From contig KV454018.1 of NCBI GenBank assembly GCA_001661245.1, forward strand, positions 501,944-565,943: a DNA stretch of 64,000 nucleotides, written 5' to 3'. Below, in pieces: positions 46,702 to 58,779 of the stretch; the first letter of the stretch is position 1, and each line of letters begins with the position of its first letter. Below the pieces are notes generated by a model that saw nothing but the letters and a program-made list of their open reading frames with translations, ran no database searches and was not told the origin of the DNA. The position numbers and the translations under genes were made by a program. Source of the stretch: Pachysolen tannophilus NRRL Y-2460. Its lineage: Eukaryota.

Positions 46702-49593
46702 ATGAAGGTTTATTTGAATAAGAATCCAAGGTCAATTGCTTTAATTTCAAATGGCTTTGCGTTGATATTTAGGGATATTAGTTCATCAGCTAATGTAGAT
46801 CAGACTTTAACAAATGGTAATAATGCACCTTCAAATCATCAATTATCTGATAAGGACTTTAATCCAAGATGTATAGTGGAATTTGTGGCTGAATCCTCGA
46901 TTAATTTGGATTCATATTCTAGATTACTTGCTTCTAATGATAATTGTGAGTTTTTGGGGTTGATTTGTTTAAAGACAAATATATATTTAGGAATAATATC
47001 ACAAAAAGTTGAAGTTGGTAGTATAAGACCAAATGAAAAGGTTAATAAAATTACAAATGTTGATTTTTTATGTTTAAATAATGATGAATTTGATGAATTA
47101 TTTGAAAATCAAATGATAGTTTCTGATTTGAAAGATAAGTTAGAAGCTCATCCTTGTCATTCATTGAAAAAACTATTAAGTGGAGGTAGTTTTTTCTATT
47201 CAAGAGATTTTGATATAGCAAGTACATGTCAAGAAAGAGGTACTAAGAAAGGATTTACAGTAATAGAGAAAAATTATGATTTTAAATTTATGTGGAATAG
47301 TTTTATGAATGATGAATTGATAGAATTTAGAAATAGATTAAGTAAATTGGAAAGAAAATCATTTGATGAAAGTGAATTTTTAACAACAATAATCAGAGGC
47401 TTTGTGAAAACTGTAAATACTACTTTAGGTATTGAATGTGAAGCTTTATTAACTATTATATCAAAACAATCATGTAGAAGAAAAGGTTCTTTATACGGGC
47501 CATGGGGTCTTGATGATGATGGGAATGTTGCTAATTTTATGGAAACTGAATGTGTATTATATTTTGAAAAATTTTGCTTTGCATATACCCAAGTAAGAGG
47601 TAATATACCAGTATTTTGGGAATTAGAAAATCAATTATTATCTACAAAAGTTAAATTTTCAAGATCTGTTGATTCAACACAACATGCATTTAATAGACAT
47701 TTTGAAACTTTGATTCAACAACATGGTGAAATACACATATTAAACGCTTTAAATAAAAAATCAAATCAACATGAGTTAAGTAATAGATATACAGAAGTAT
47801 TGGGTAAATCTTCAAGTATAAGAGATCAAGTGGATTATTCACATATAGAATTTTCAACAGATTCTTTGAAAAACAACTATAGTACAAGGTCTAAACTATT
47901 ATATTTATTAGAATCTTCAATTTTAAGATTTGGTGCTTATTGTTATGATGTAAGTAAGCATATTTATATTGGAAAACAATCTGGTGTTTTCTTGGTAAAT
48001 ACTTTTGATTCATTAGAAAAAGCAAATACAATTCAAAAAATAATAAATAAAGAAGCTTTTGGACTTTCTTTTAAAGATATGGGTATTGTTCCTTCAGATG
48101 ATTTTTTTGATAAATTAAGATTACTTTGGGATGAAAATGGAATATGGCTTTCCAAGATAACTTTAAGTACAATGTCAACAAAGACTAATCAAATTAATAA
48201 ATCCGGAGGTTTGGTTGGAGTAGTGGCAGGAGTAAGTAAAAAATATATTGCTAATACTGTTGCTTATGATCCTACAAAAGTGAAACAAAATGCTATTGAT
48301 AAGTTATTGGGAAGAATGAATGATCAGAATTTAGTAAAATTACATGATCCAATTCATGATTTTATTGCTGATGAGTTAAAGAAAAAATCAGATCTTTTCT
48401 CGTCTTCAAAAGAAATATCTTTATTTTGCAGTACTTTTAATATAAATGGAGTTCAATATGATGAAGACATTTCAACATGGATTTTCCCTGATGACAAGAC
48501 AATAGATACTAATCCAGATATAGTGGCAATAGGATTTGAAGAAATTGTGGAATTGACCCCTGGTCAAATGTTGGATACAGATAATTCTACTCGTTATTTT
48601 TGGGAAAAAAAATTAAAGAAATGTTTGAATGAACGTGATAAATACGTCCTATTATGGGGTGGTCAATTAGGAGGTATAGTTTTATTACTTTTCGTAAAAG
48701 AAGCAGAAGCAGAAGAAATTAATAATGTCGAAGGTTCAATAAGGAAAACAGGATTGGGTGGAATGGCATCAAACAAGGGAGCAATTGCGTTAAGTTTTAC
48801 TTTTTCAACTACAAAATTTTGTTTCATTGTATCTCATTTGGCAGCAGGATTAAATAATGTTGAAGAAAGGCATCAAGATTATAAGACTATTGCTAAAAAT
48901 ATTAGATTTTCTAGAAATAGGTCTATTAAAGATCATGATGCTGTTATATGGATGGGTGATTTTAATTTTAGAATTGATTTGACCAATGAAGAAGTTAGAA
49001 ACTTAATTGAGAAACAAGATTTTCAGACATTATTTGATAATGATCAATTGAATAATCAAATGGCAAAAGGTGAATCATTTCCATATTTTGACGAGATGGA
49101 GATAAGATTTCCACCAACTTATAAATTTGATAATGGAACAAAGACTTACGATACTTCTGAAAAACAAAGAATACCGGCTTGGACAGACCGTATTTTAAGT
49201 TTAAGCAGAAACAAGATTTTAAAACAACTTTCTTATGATTGTTGCCAAGATATTTTATTTTCTGATCATCGTCCAGTATATGCTTTTTTCAAAGCTAAAG
49301 TAATTATAGTAAATGAAAAGATAAAACAGAAAGTAGCACATGAATTATACAAACAAAGAAAAGCAGAAATTGGAGATGCTAACGAATTAATAACATCAAA
49401 TTATATTAATGAAATCACATTAACACATGGGTTTCCTCCACCAAGTTCTGATAAGACAAAATGGTGGATTGACGGTGGTCAACCTGTCAAGGTAACTTTT
49501 CCTGACTTGGCTCCTGGAATGATTGTTAATCCAAACCTACCAATTAATCCCTTTGTTGAAACTGATGAACCAGACTTTATAATGGCGAAATAG
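46702..49593 (+). CDS. INP51: Synaptojanin-like inositol polyphosphate 5-phosphatase Inp51
   Basis: SAC-like domain lacking the CX5R catalytic motif (VNTFDSLEKAN), which is characteristic of Inp51 rather than Inp52/53. 5-phosphatase motifs WMGDFNFRI, PPTYKFD, PAWTDRIL, SDHRPV. Confidence 0.92.
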   Translation: MKVYLNKNPRSIALISNGFALIFRDISSSANVDQTLTNGNNAPSNHQLSDKDFNPRCIVEFVAESSINLDSYSRLLASNDNCEFLGLICLKTNIYLGIISQKVEVGSIRPNEKVNKITNVDFLCLNNDEFDELFENQMIVSDLKDKLEAHPCHSLKKLLSGGSFFYSRDFDIASTCQERGTKKGFTVIEKNYDFKFMWNSFMNDELIEFRNRLSKLERKSFDESEFLTTIIRGFVKTVNTTLGIECEALLTIISKQSCRRKGSLYGPWGLDDDGNVANFMETECVLYFEKFCFAYTQVRGNIPVFWELENQLLSTKVKFSRSVDSTQHAFNRHFETLIQQHGEIHILNALNKKSNQHELSNRYTEVLGKSSSIRDQVDYSHIEFSTDSLKNNYSTRSKLLYLLESSILRFGAYCYDVSKHIYIGKQSGVFLVNTFDSLEKANTIQKIINKEAFGLSFKDMGIVPSDDFFDKLRLLWDENGIWLSKITLSTMSTKTNQINKSGGLVGVVAGVSKKYIANTVAYDPTKVKQNAIDKLLGRMNDQNLVKLHDPIHDFIADELKKKSDLFSSSKEISLFCSTFNINGVQYDEDISTWIFPDDKTIDTNPDIVAIGFEEIVELTPGQMLDTDNSTRYFWEKKLKKCLNERDKYVLLWGGQLGGIVLLLFVKEAEAEEINNVEGSIRKTGLGGMASNKGAIALSFTFSTTKFCFIVSHLAAGLNNVEERHQDYKTIAKNIRFSRNRSIKDHDAVIWMGDFNFRIDLTNEEVRNLIEKQDFQTLFDNDQLNNQMAKGESFPYFDEMEIRFPPTYKFDNGTKTYDTSEKQRIPAWTDRILSLSRNKILKQLSYDCCQDILFSDHRPVYAFFKAKVIIVNEKIKQKVAHELYKQRKAEIGDANELITSNYINEITLTHGFPPPSSDKTKWWIDGGQPVKVTFPDLAPGMIVNPNLPINPFVETDEPDFIMAK

Positions 49594-49736
49594 CTTGAAA
49601 AATAGTTAATATATGGTATAAATCATTGAAACGTTACTTATTCACTATTTGTAGAAAATATATAACCCATAATTGAAAACTAAATTATTAAAACAAAAAA
49701 ACAAACAAAAACAAACAAACCTTGAACTTGTAGATT

Positions 49737-50002
49737 TCATTTCTCCTTTTCCAGCAGTTCCTCTGCTTCTCCCTTCTCATTTTTCTCAACTTTTGATTCC
49801 CCTGCTTCAGCCAATATACTATCCATCTTGGCTTCAATACTATCAAGTAGATTTTCAAGTTTCTTTATGAATGACGTTAGTAATATTTCTTTCTTAACAT
49901 TTCCTTCCTCAAAATACCTACTGATGCAGCAGCTTCAGCTTCATTTAATTGCTGATAAGTTTCGGCAAAACTCAGCTCCGAATGAGATTCTTCTTGAGTC
50001 AT
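49737..50002 (-). CDS. Small coiled-coil protein, YIL002W-A-like; exons 50002-49922, 49862-49737 (68 aa)
   Basis: MTQEESHSE.SFAETYQQLNEAEAAAS|KLENLLDSIEAKMDSILAEAGESKVEKNEK..., with GTAGGT donor at 49921, TACTAAC at 49882-49876 and AAG acceptor. It is convergent with INP51, like YIL002W-A in S. cerevisiae. Confidence 0.7.
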
Positions 50003-50345
50003 ACTTTCATTAATACTCTTCTTGACTTTTAAAATTCAATTTAAAAATGTTAACTTTCATATAATCAATTATGAAAAGGTATTTGAATGAAATTTTGATT
50101 TTTGCTTCACGAAAGCAAGAAACATATTTAAATCATTTTGATAAAGATGGAAGAATGTTTTAAATTAATTGTGATTGATATCTACAATATTGGTTGAAAT
50201 TGGACAATAAAAATTAGCAAATCTAGAGATTCAATATATAAAAATGAATTTTTTAATCAATAGCAATACTATTTTTTTCTAAAAGGCAAAATAAAACGAA
50301 AAGAAAAAAAAATAAAATTAAAAATAAAATAAATTATCAAAAGAC

Positions 50346-51887
50346 TTATTGATAAAAAAATACAAAATATGTGATAAACATGCTAAAAATGAAATTCAAA
50401 CTAACAGAATTCATTGTACCTGGAGAAGATGAGGATGAGGTTGATGTTGATTCGACGGTGTCTAAAGTATCTTCAACCATTGATCCTGCATCTTCAATCC
50501 AACTATTTAAATCTGAGGAGCTTATAGTGGATTCAATTTCGGTATCATTATTCATGAATACAATTGCAGATCCATTACTATCAAACACAACACCACCTTT
50601 CATTGTTGCATCAGTATAACGTTTAAGATAACCATTAGCTCTAATACCATCATCAATATCTGATGTACCTTGATAGTCATGGATAGTTGTGTATAAATTA
50701 TCACTATATGTTGCATTCAAGACTTCAAATATATCAAATTCACCACAACCACTATCCCAACATGAACAATTAGTACTTGTTGGATATTCAGAAGTTCTTG
50801 GAATTCTAGCGTTTAATAACCAGATAGCAGGTAAGTTATAATCGGTGGTATTTTCTGGGGCAGTATCTTCATTTGGCATTGTAAATTCAAATAAAAACAT
50901 TTTAACAGAACCATAATATCCATGATAAGCTGGAGTACCAGAACGATAAACACCACAATCGTTATCATAACCTGAATCATCACATGAAATATTTGAATAA
51001 ATAATAAATTCTTCATCTGAAATGATTAATGCATCGTCTTCCAAGACTGTAGATTCCGATGCTGCGCTAACACCATCTTTACCAGCATAAGTTAAAGCAT
51101 AACCTAAACAAGAAGAATCATTTCCAGCTGCTGTCAAGAATGTAACGTTTTCAGCTGTAGATGAAGAGGAATCATAATAAGCAAGACGTGACCAATCACT
51201 AGTTGCTGAATCATTATTATAAGCCCAATCTTCAGAAACGTAATAAGCAAATTTTTTCAAAACTAAAGGACCTCTAAAATGAACTGATAATTCTTCATTC
51301 AATGGCGCATTTACACCAGAGAAAGCAGTTGTATCACTGTCCAAAGTACAAGAACAAGAGTCAGTATCAACATCACTAAGTTCCTTGACTGCATAATAAC
51401 CTCCACTATATCCAAGATTTTCAAATTCAATTGCACTATAGAGGACTGTTGGATAAGAAGAACTAGAAGAACTTGTAACATCATTAGCGCTGTCACCAGC
51501 AGCAGCTGCTGTTGTAGTTGTTGATTGTTGGTTATTGTTATTGTTATTATTATTATTGGCAGAAGTTGTAGATGTGGATTGACCGTTATTATTATTATTA
51601 TTATTATTATTATTTGCTGAAGTTGAAGTTGATGAGGACTGCTCGTTATCATTGTTGTTATTATTATTGGCTGAAGTGGTTGTAGTTGATTGTTGGTTAT
51701 TGTTATTATTATTGGTTGTAGTTGTTGCAGTTGTTGCAGTTACCTGTGTATTGGCGTCAGCTACACCATTGGCAACGGCGGTTTGTTGTCTAGCATTGAT
51801 ATTTGCCATCTTAACAGTTGCCATAAAAGCATATGTTTGAATGGCGAAAAGAATAGTTCCTAGCACTGCTATATTTTTTGGAAGCAT
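50346..51887 (-). CDS. Tos1/Toh1/Pga52-family cell-wall protein (circularly permuted glucanase-like), probably GPI-anchored
   Basis: Signal peptide, N/T/S-rich repeats, APLNEELSVHFRGPL, KMFLFEFTMP, PAIWLLNARIPRT, CSCWDSGCGEFDIFE, and a hydrophobic C-terminus. Confidence 0.88.
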   Translation of the reverse strand: MLPKNIAVLGTILFAIQTYAFMATVKMANINARQQTAVANGVADANTQVTATTATTTTNNNNNNQQSTTTTSANNNNNNDNEQSSSTSTSANNNNNNNNNNGQSTSTTSANNNNNNNNNQQSTTTTAAAAGDSANDVTSSSSSSYPTVLYSAIEFENLGYSGGYYAVKELSDVDTDSCSCTLDSDTTAFSGVNAPLNEELSVHFRGPLVLKKFAYYVSEDWAYNNDSATSDWSRLAYYDSSSSTAENVTFLTAAGNDSSCLGYALTYAGKDGVSAASESTVLEDDALIISDEEFIIYSNISCDDSGYDNDCGVYRSGTPAYHGYYGSVKMFLFEFTMPNEDTAPENTTDYNLPAIWLLNARIPRTSEYPTSTNCSCWDSGCGEFDIFEVLNATYSDNLYTTIHDYQGTSDIDDGIRANGYLKRYTDATMKGGVVFDSNGSAIVFMNNDTEIESTISSSDLNSWIEDAGSMVEDTLDTVESTSTSSSSSPGTMNSVSLNFIFSMFITYFVFFYQ

Positions 51888-53438
51888 GTTGTAACAAAGG
51901 GACAAAAACAAGTGACTGATAAAAATTGGTTTGTTATAACGAATGAAACAAGAAAAAAAAAGAAAAGAAAAAAAACAATAATACTCTTAACTCTACAAAT
52001 TAAAAAAAATTATAATCTTAATTGAACGAAAGTTTGATCTCTTGTTTTCCCCCAAAATTTTCTTGATATTAAAAAAGAATTATTATTATTAAAAGAAAAA
52101 GAGAGAGAAAAGAAAAAAAAAAGTTTTTAAAAAGAGAACAAAAGAACAAAGGAAACCATATATACTTGTATTTATTTATTTTGTTTTGTTTTGTTTACTT
52201 CATGTATAAACCTACATTGCGTCAAGAACAAAGCTTTTTAAATCATCGAAAAAACAAAGAAAAAAAAATGATGAAAATTTTTAATTCCTTTCTTTGTTTT
52301 TAACTTTTGTTTTTCTTGAATTTTTTCATTTTCTTTGAGAACTAAACTATTTGTCGCGTTAACAAAACAAGAGATCTCGGTTTAAAAGCCTCTTTAAAAG
52401 TCACGATAATGGGGCTTGTTTTTTTTTTTGATATTAAAAGCCAAAGATCCTAAGAAAAAAGCTTTTTTCGATCGATAACAAGATGGGAAATTATCAGTTC
52501 CTGAGCCTCTCCTTGTTATATATGATATAATAAACCTTTTTTTTTTTTGTTTTTTCGAGTTTTCTCTCTTGTTTAAAGATTTTTAATACTCGAGGAAAAG
52601 GGGAGAATCCTGTAAATTCTCATTGAATAGAGGCTAAGCGTAAATGTTTATACGTAAAAAGGTATTAATATAATATCATAGAGGCAGTTATTAATTACAA
52701 ATTGGGGGAAAAACAAAAAAAAAATTCAGGCTATGCTGGTAATATGATGGTATGCTGCCGCAGGCAAGTATTATAGTATACTGAAACGTCATTCTCATCT
52801 GGCCGCAGTATTATATATAATATATTATATATATATATATATTATATATTATATATTATACATTATATAATATATATATTTCAATAGATTCTTTTGCTAC
52901 GCCTCTAATATATTATAGTTAATATAAATGAATTTACTAATAAATTATTAGCAGAAAAAAAGAAAAACCACGCCTATTAATTAATATATATTATATTGCA
53001 CCCAATTTAATTTTTTTTTGGTATTAATCAAATATGGGCTCTTTAGAAAATATTTATTTAAGATGCCGAAACTAAAATTAAAATTATAGCCCGAAGAGCA
53101 AGTTTAAACTTTATCTGTTTTTTTTTTCTTTTTTGTTTTGTTTGAGACTCTTGGCCAAAAAAAAAAATCTCTTTTGTTAATCGTTTTATTAAAAAATTAT
53201 GTATTCAATTAAACATACACTAATAGGGATATAATATTAATGGGCTGCTAACCATTTTGGTCCGAAAAGTTCCATTCGTACCAACACATACACAAATTTA
53301 ATTTTAATTTATTTATAAATTCTTCTTTTAATTTAAGATAAAATAAATCTCTTGTGATTGACTGACTAACTAATTGAACTGACTTTACCTTATATGTAAT
53401 AAAATAAAAAGTAGACAACTACAATTGAAAATATTACA

Positions 53439-54113
53439 GGTTTGGTAAAACAGGTATTAAAGAGAATGCCAACAAAAACCGAAAAAAATCAAAAAATTAA
53501 AAACTTAAAAAATTAAAAAAATAAACTGTTTACAAGTCTGGATAGAGGAATTGATTTAAAGTATTGATTTTTTAAATACAGTTTGGTATCTTCAGTTAAA
53601 AAATTTCCTTTAACCTTAAAGTCTCTTTTTTGACAAAAAGTCTAGAGCGAGGAAACTAAATTTTTTTTTTTTTTCAAAAATTTCACCTTGGGACCCTCAT
53701 TCTCGAGTATTTATCTATTTATCTATTTATCTGTATTGAATTATCATGGTTTTTGGGATTTATGGATCTTGGATTCTTACTCCTTGATCCATGAATTGTT
53801 TGACAAAGAAAAATAATTGACACGATTGATATGATATAGCAATCAATAAAGAATTTTTTCTTCTTCTTCTTCTTTTACTTCCTCTTCTCTCTCTTCTTCT
53901 TCTTCTCTTCTTGGATAATTGAGAAACTGTTCCCGTTTTATTTTAAATTATATGCATTTAAATGCATGCATGCATTTATATATATTAAATGAATCGCTAA
54001 TAATAAAAATTTGAAAATTCAAACTATCTATATCTATAAAGTACTCGACTAATTACTGAAACACATTTATTAACAATTAAAGAATTGAGTTTACACAAAG
54101 ATTCCAAAATGGA

Positions 54114-54155
<42 letters not shown>

Positions 54156-55842
54156 TCTCTTTTCATTTATACCCTCATCTTCTATATTAAAAATTTTAAA
54201 TCATTTGAAGATGCATACACTACTTCACCATTAATTAAATGGAATTTTCACCATTAACTTTTCATTACTTTAAATAAAACCCATCAAATCATCTACAACA
54301 TAAATAGATAAGAAAATAAGTATAAAAAAAAAAGTAATTTCCATTAAATTTAAACAAATAGATTAGACCCACAAAAAGAAAAAAATAAAAAAAGCAATAG
54401 AAAAAACGCAAAAAACTACACAAAAAAAAACCTCAATTTATATCATTCTTTTTGATACTAAATGGAACCATAATTTCTATTTGAACTACCTGGCAAAGTA
54501 ACACCACGATAATTAGATTTTTCCTCGTATGGGTAACAAGAAATAATGTACCAGCTATGTAATAAACCTGGAATAAAACCTAATATACATAAGGCAACAT
54601 TGATCCAAACTAATAAATTAAATTAATCTTAAGTTAGAATTTTTCAAATAATCAAAAAAATTGATTTAACAATATATACTATAAATTAAATTTTATTTAC
54701 TTACAATCAGCAGAGAAAAATCCACGTTTAATAAATACTGGAATTGGTGGAATGAAAAATCCAATAAACGCTAATAACCAATCTCTTGCGTGCATTTTTA
54801 AAAATTAATTTCCAAAATTTCAATTTTAATTTGAAAAAAAAAAAATTAATAAAAGATAAAAGATAAAAGTAAAAAAATAGATGAAAATTATATGTTTTAT
54901 AGATAAGTGGCAATCAATTTATATATATATATATATTATGTATATTATTATGTATCTAATATATTTAATGTATTATACGGCGCCCCGGTTAGAGCCTAAA
55001 AAATTAATATTATTGCTAACAAAGCAATAGAAGGAAATAATACCCTTTTCTAGTACAATAGCGAGCAATACTGAAAATAGAGACAAATCAATTTAAAAGA
55101 AAAAATTTTAATATTATTTAATNNNNNNNNNNNNNNNNNNNNNNNNNNNNNNNNNNNNNNNGGTTTGGTAAAACAGGTATTAAAGAGAACGCCAACAAAA
55201 ACCGAAAAAATCAAAAATTAAAAACTTAAAAAATTAAAAAAATAAACTGTTTACAAGTCTGGATAGAGGAATTGATTTAAAGTATTGATTTTTTAAATAC
55301 AGTTTGGTATCTTCAGTTAAAAAATTTCCTTTAACCTTAAAGTCTCTTTTTTGACAAAAAGTCTAGAGCGAGGAAACTAAATTTTTTTTTTTTTTTTTTC
55401 AAAAATTTCACCTGGGGACCCTCATTCTCGAGAATTTATCTATTTATCTATTTATCTGTATTGAATTATCATGGTTTTTGGGATTTATGGATCTTGGATT
55501 CTTACTCCTTGATCCATGAATTGTTTGACAAAGAAAAATAATTGACACGATTGATATGATATAGCAATCAATAAAGAATTTTTTCTTCTTCTTCTTCTTT
55601 TACTTCCTCTTCTCTCTCTTCTTCTTCTTCTCTTCTTGGATAATTGAGAAACTGTTCCCGTTTTATTTTAAATTATATGCATTTAAATGCATGCATGCAT
55701 TTATATATATTAAATGAATCGCTAATAATAAAAATTTGAAAATTCAAACTATCTATATCTATAAAGTACTCGACTAATTACTGAAACACATTTATTAACA
55801 ATTAAAGAATTGAGTTTACACAAAGATTCCAAAATGGAAATA

Positions 55843-55892
<50 letters not shown>
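53439..55892. repeat. ~700 bp direct repeat (53439-~54152 and 55162-~55892), each copy ending in (TA)n; gap at 55123-55161
   Basis: The copies differ by three substitutions and by homopolymer/microsatellite length. Confidence 0.85.
54458..54795 (-). CDS. SNA2: Pmp3/Sna-family proteolipid Sna2; exons 54795-54705, 54609-54458 (80 aa)
   Basis: MHARDWLLAFIGFFIPPIPVFIKRGFFSAD|FWINVALCILGFIPGLLHSWYIISCYPYEE...NYGSI, with GTAAGT donor at 54704 and TAG acceptor at 54610. Confidence 0.9.
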
Positions 55893-55895
<3 letters not shown>

Positions 55896-56556
55896 AGGTA
55901 TATGCAGTTTTGTAAAGAAACATATCCATCCTTATTTCACTAATACCTCGAGGTCAAGGATAAACTTTTTGCTCAAATTTTCTATATGGAACTGAATAAC
56001 TCAAATATTTCAAATCAATCACTTACTTTTTTTTTTGCTTTTTATTTCACTCTGCTTTTGACCTTTTTGACCTTGAACTTTTACATGCAAGGAAGGAAAA
56101 AGGAAAATAGGAAGTATCAATAGTATTTTCGTAATGTTTCTTTATGTCCTATTAGAGTAATGTAGTTAAAGGTGCATACATATTCTTACATACAAACTAT
56201 ACTTGTAACAAAACTTTTTTCAATTCTTGATTTAATTATAAAAGAAAAGAGATTGGATTTCAAAACTGAAATTATGTTTCCTCTCATCTGGGATTATTCT
56301 TTCATTACTTTTATATTTGCTTTCTTCTTCATTCTCTTTAAAATTGCGGGATAGACAGTTGTTGCAGATATAAATATATATATATATATATATATACATA
56401 CATATATATTTTTTTCCCTGCGTTTTAGTTAGAGAACTAGTTGAACTAAATTTGAAATTTCACTCATTAGTTAATTGAGGTTTTTTTTTTTCCACCTTTC
56501 TTATTTCTTTCTTTTATTGGGTTTTATCAGTCTTTCTCCAGGTGTTGAAGAAAAAA

Positions 56557-57810
56557 ATGTTGTTGAAAAAATTATGTATCATAGTTGTTTCATTAGTACC
56601 TTTTACTTACTGTTTAAGTTTAGATACAAGTAGTAAAGACTCCATATGTACAGCAGCAAGTCTTATTGCAGATGGAATAATGGACTATTATGAAGGTGAT
56701 GAATCTGGAGGAACAGTAGGTTATTTCAGTGGAGATTCAGACTGGTGGGAATATGGTCAAGCTTTTAGTGTACTTATAGATCATTGGTATTATTGCGAAA
56801 ATAATACTTATGAAAGTATAATTTATAAAGGTTTAGTTTCACAACTAGGTACAAATAATGATTTTATTACTAAAAATCAGTCTGCTACTACAGGTAATGA
56901 TGATGAATCATTTTGGGCATTAGTAGCTTTAAATGCTTACGAAAAAAATTTTAAAGAACCTTCAGATTCATTATCATGGTTGGATGTTGTGGTGATTGTT
57001 TTCAATAAATTATGGTATAGATGGGATTCGCTGACTTGTAATGGTGGAATAAGATGGCAAATCAATTCTACTTTAAGTGGTTATGATTATAAAAATTCAA
57101 TTTCAAATGGTAATTTATTTTTATTAGGTGCAAGTTTATATAGACATACTGGTAATGATACTTATTTGGATTCAGCACAAGAAACTTGGAATTGGGTCAC
57201 TAGTGTTGGATATGTAGCAAATGATAGTTCAGATGTATTAAGTGTTTATGATGGTGCTGATGCAAGTGATAATTGTACAAATTTAAATTATGCAGAATGG
57301 TCTTATAATTATGGTACTTACTTGGTGGGTGCTGCTTATCTTGGATCAGATTTAACAAATGCATCTGATGTCACCTCAGAAATTCATTTATCTAATAAGA
57401 GGAAAAGAAGTTCAAATTTAAATTTTGATAAAAGATCAGATTCTCAATCTTATTGGAATGACATAACTAAAAATATTTGGGGTGGTTGTGAAACTTTTTT
57501 CAACAGTACTAATAGTATCATGTATGAAAGAACTTGTCAAGGAACTAAAACATGTAATGATGATGAAAGATGTTTTAAATCTATCTTTACTCGTTATTTA
57601 TATATGGCTTTAGTCTTGGATGATAGTTTAATTGATTCAATTGGACCGTATTTGGAAAAATCAGCTGAAGGTGCAGCCCAATCATGTTCTGGTGGCTCTG
57701 ATGGTATAACTTGCGGATTAAATTGGTTTTATGATGGTTGGGATGGTTATTATGGATTAGAGGAACAAATGAATGCTCTAGAAATTATGATTAGTTTATT
57801 AGCACTTTGA
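56557..57810 (+). CDS. GH76 Dfg5/Dcw1-like mannan endo-1,6-alpha-mannosidase/transglycosylase
   Basis: Signal peptide, SKDSICTAASLIADGIMDYY, GNDD catalytic pair, RWD..TCNGGIRWQI, YKNSISNG, WSYNYG, AAQSCSGGSDG.TCG.NW, GLEEQMNALE. Confidence 0.9.
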   Translation: MLLKKLCIIVVSLVPFTYCLSLDTSSKDSICTAASLIADGIMDYYEGDESGGTVGYFSGDSDWWEYGQAFSVLIDHWYYCENNTYESIIYKGLVSQLGTNNDFITKNQSATTGNDDESFWALVALNAYEKNFKEPSDSLSWLDVVVIVFNKLWYRWDSLTCNGGIRWQINSTLSGYDYKNSISNGNLFLLGASLYRHTGNDTYLDSAQETWNWVTSVGYVANDSSDVLSVYDGADASDNCTNLNYAEWSYNYGTYLVGAAYLGSDLTNASDVTSEIHLSNKRKRSSNLNFDKRSDSQSYWNDITKNIWGGCETFFNSTNSIMYERTCQGTKTCNDDERCFKSIFTRYLYMALVLDDSLIDSIGPYLEKSAEGAAQSCSGGSDGITCGLNWFYDGWDGYYGLEEQMNALEIMISLLAL

Positions 57811-58029
57811 GGAAATCATATATATATATATATATATATATACAGGTAAAGAGGTACTTTTTTTTTTTTTTCTTTTATTATTATTGTTAATTTTTGTTAG
57901 AGTTGCTGCTACTTTTTTTTTAGAAAACTTATGGAAACGTTTAAACAATGATTTTAGTTAATCATACAAATATGATGAATTTATATATATAAAATTAAAG
58001 ATAATGTATAGAATTTTTTGAATTATTGA

Positions 58030-58779
58030 CTATTGTTTAACAATTTTAACATTTGTTTTTTTCTGATCAAAAAAAAAGAAGCAAAAAAAAGAAAATTGTT
58101 AGTAAATTAAATGCCTTCTTGTTTTATAAACTCTTGTTAGCTATTACTTACTTGCCAATCTTCAAATTCCTTGAGAGTTCTTTGTCTTTCCTTCTCAAGA
58201 GACACTACAGCTTCTTTCATCTATATTAATTTAAATTTAGTTAGTTAGTTAATTAATCAATTGTGTTTTCTATTTTTTTGCAAGGTGCATTTACCAAATA
58301 CATTTACTTACACTTATTATCTTAGAATCCAATACCGGAACAACACTTCCAGCTGTCTTTTCAACCAATGCACCTCCAATCATTCTAAAACATTTACGAT
58401 CTTCAGGTACAGTTTTTAAAGTATTTAAAACAACACTATTTGAACAAAGATTGGGTGGAATCAAAGTTAGTATAATAAATATTGGAAAATTTTTCCCTTT
58501 ATTGTGTCTTCTTGTAACAGTTGAGAAAAAAAAAAGCAACCTAACAAACTTACTCATGTTCATCCAAATCTGTTTTTAGTTGTCCTATTTTTTGACTTAA
58601 TTGCTCTAAAGTTTCTTTGAATTCATTAAATTGAAGTTGAAGCTCTGAAATCGAAAATCAAAAAATTGTTAGTTGGTTGGTTTAGCATTTACCTAAAATT
58701 GTCCAGTTCAAGACAAAACAAAAATTAACAATAAGATAACTAACTTACTTTGATTGACATGTGGCAGTTTAGACTCCAT
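58030..58779 (-). CDS. GIM4: Prefoldin subunit 2 Gim4; exons 58779-58749, 58644-58554, 58435-58312, 58220-58152, 58062-58030
   Basis: Four GTAAGT...YAG introns restore ...LQLQFNEFKETLEQLSQKIGQLKTDLDEHDVVLNTLKTVPEDRKCFRMIGGALVEKT...EFEDWQKKTNVKIVKQ. Confidence 0.92.

Noticed and set aside
52400..52420. AATGGGGCTT resembling the RNase MRP 3' motif
   Set aside because: No upstream GAAAGTCCCC-type partner motif seen.
53959..53978. TAAATGCATGCATGCATTTA palindrome
   Set aside because: Explained by a short (ATGC)n microsatellite.
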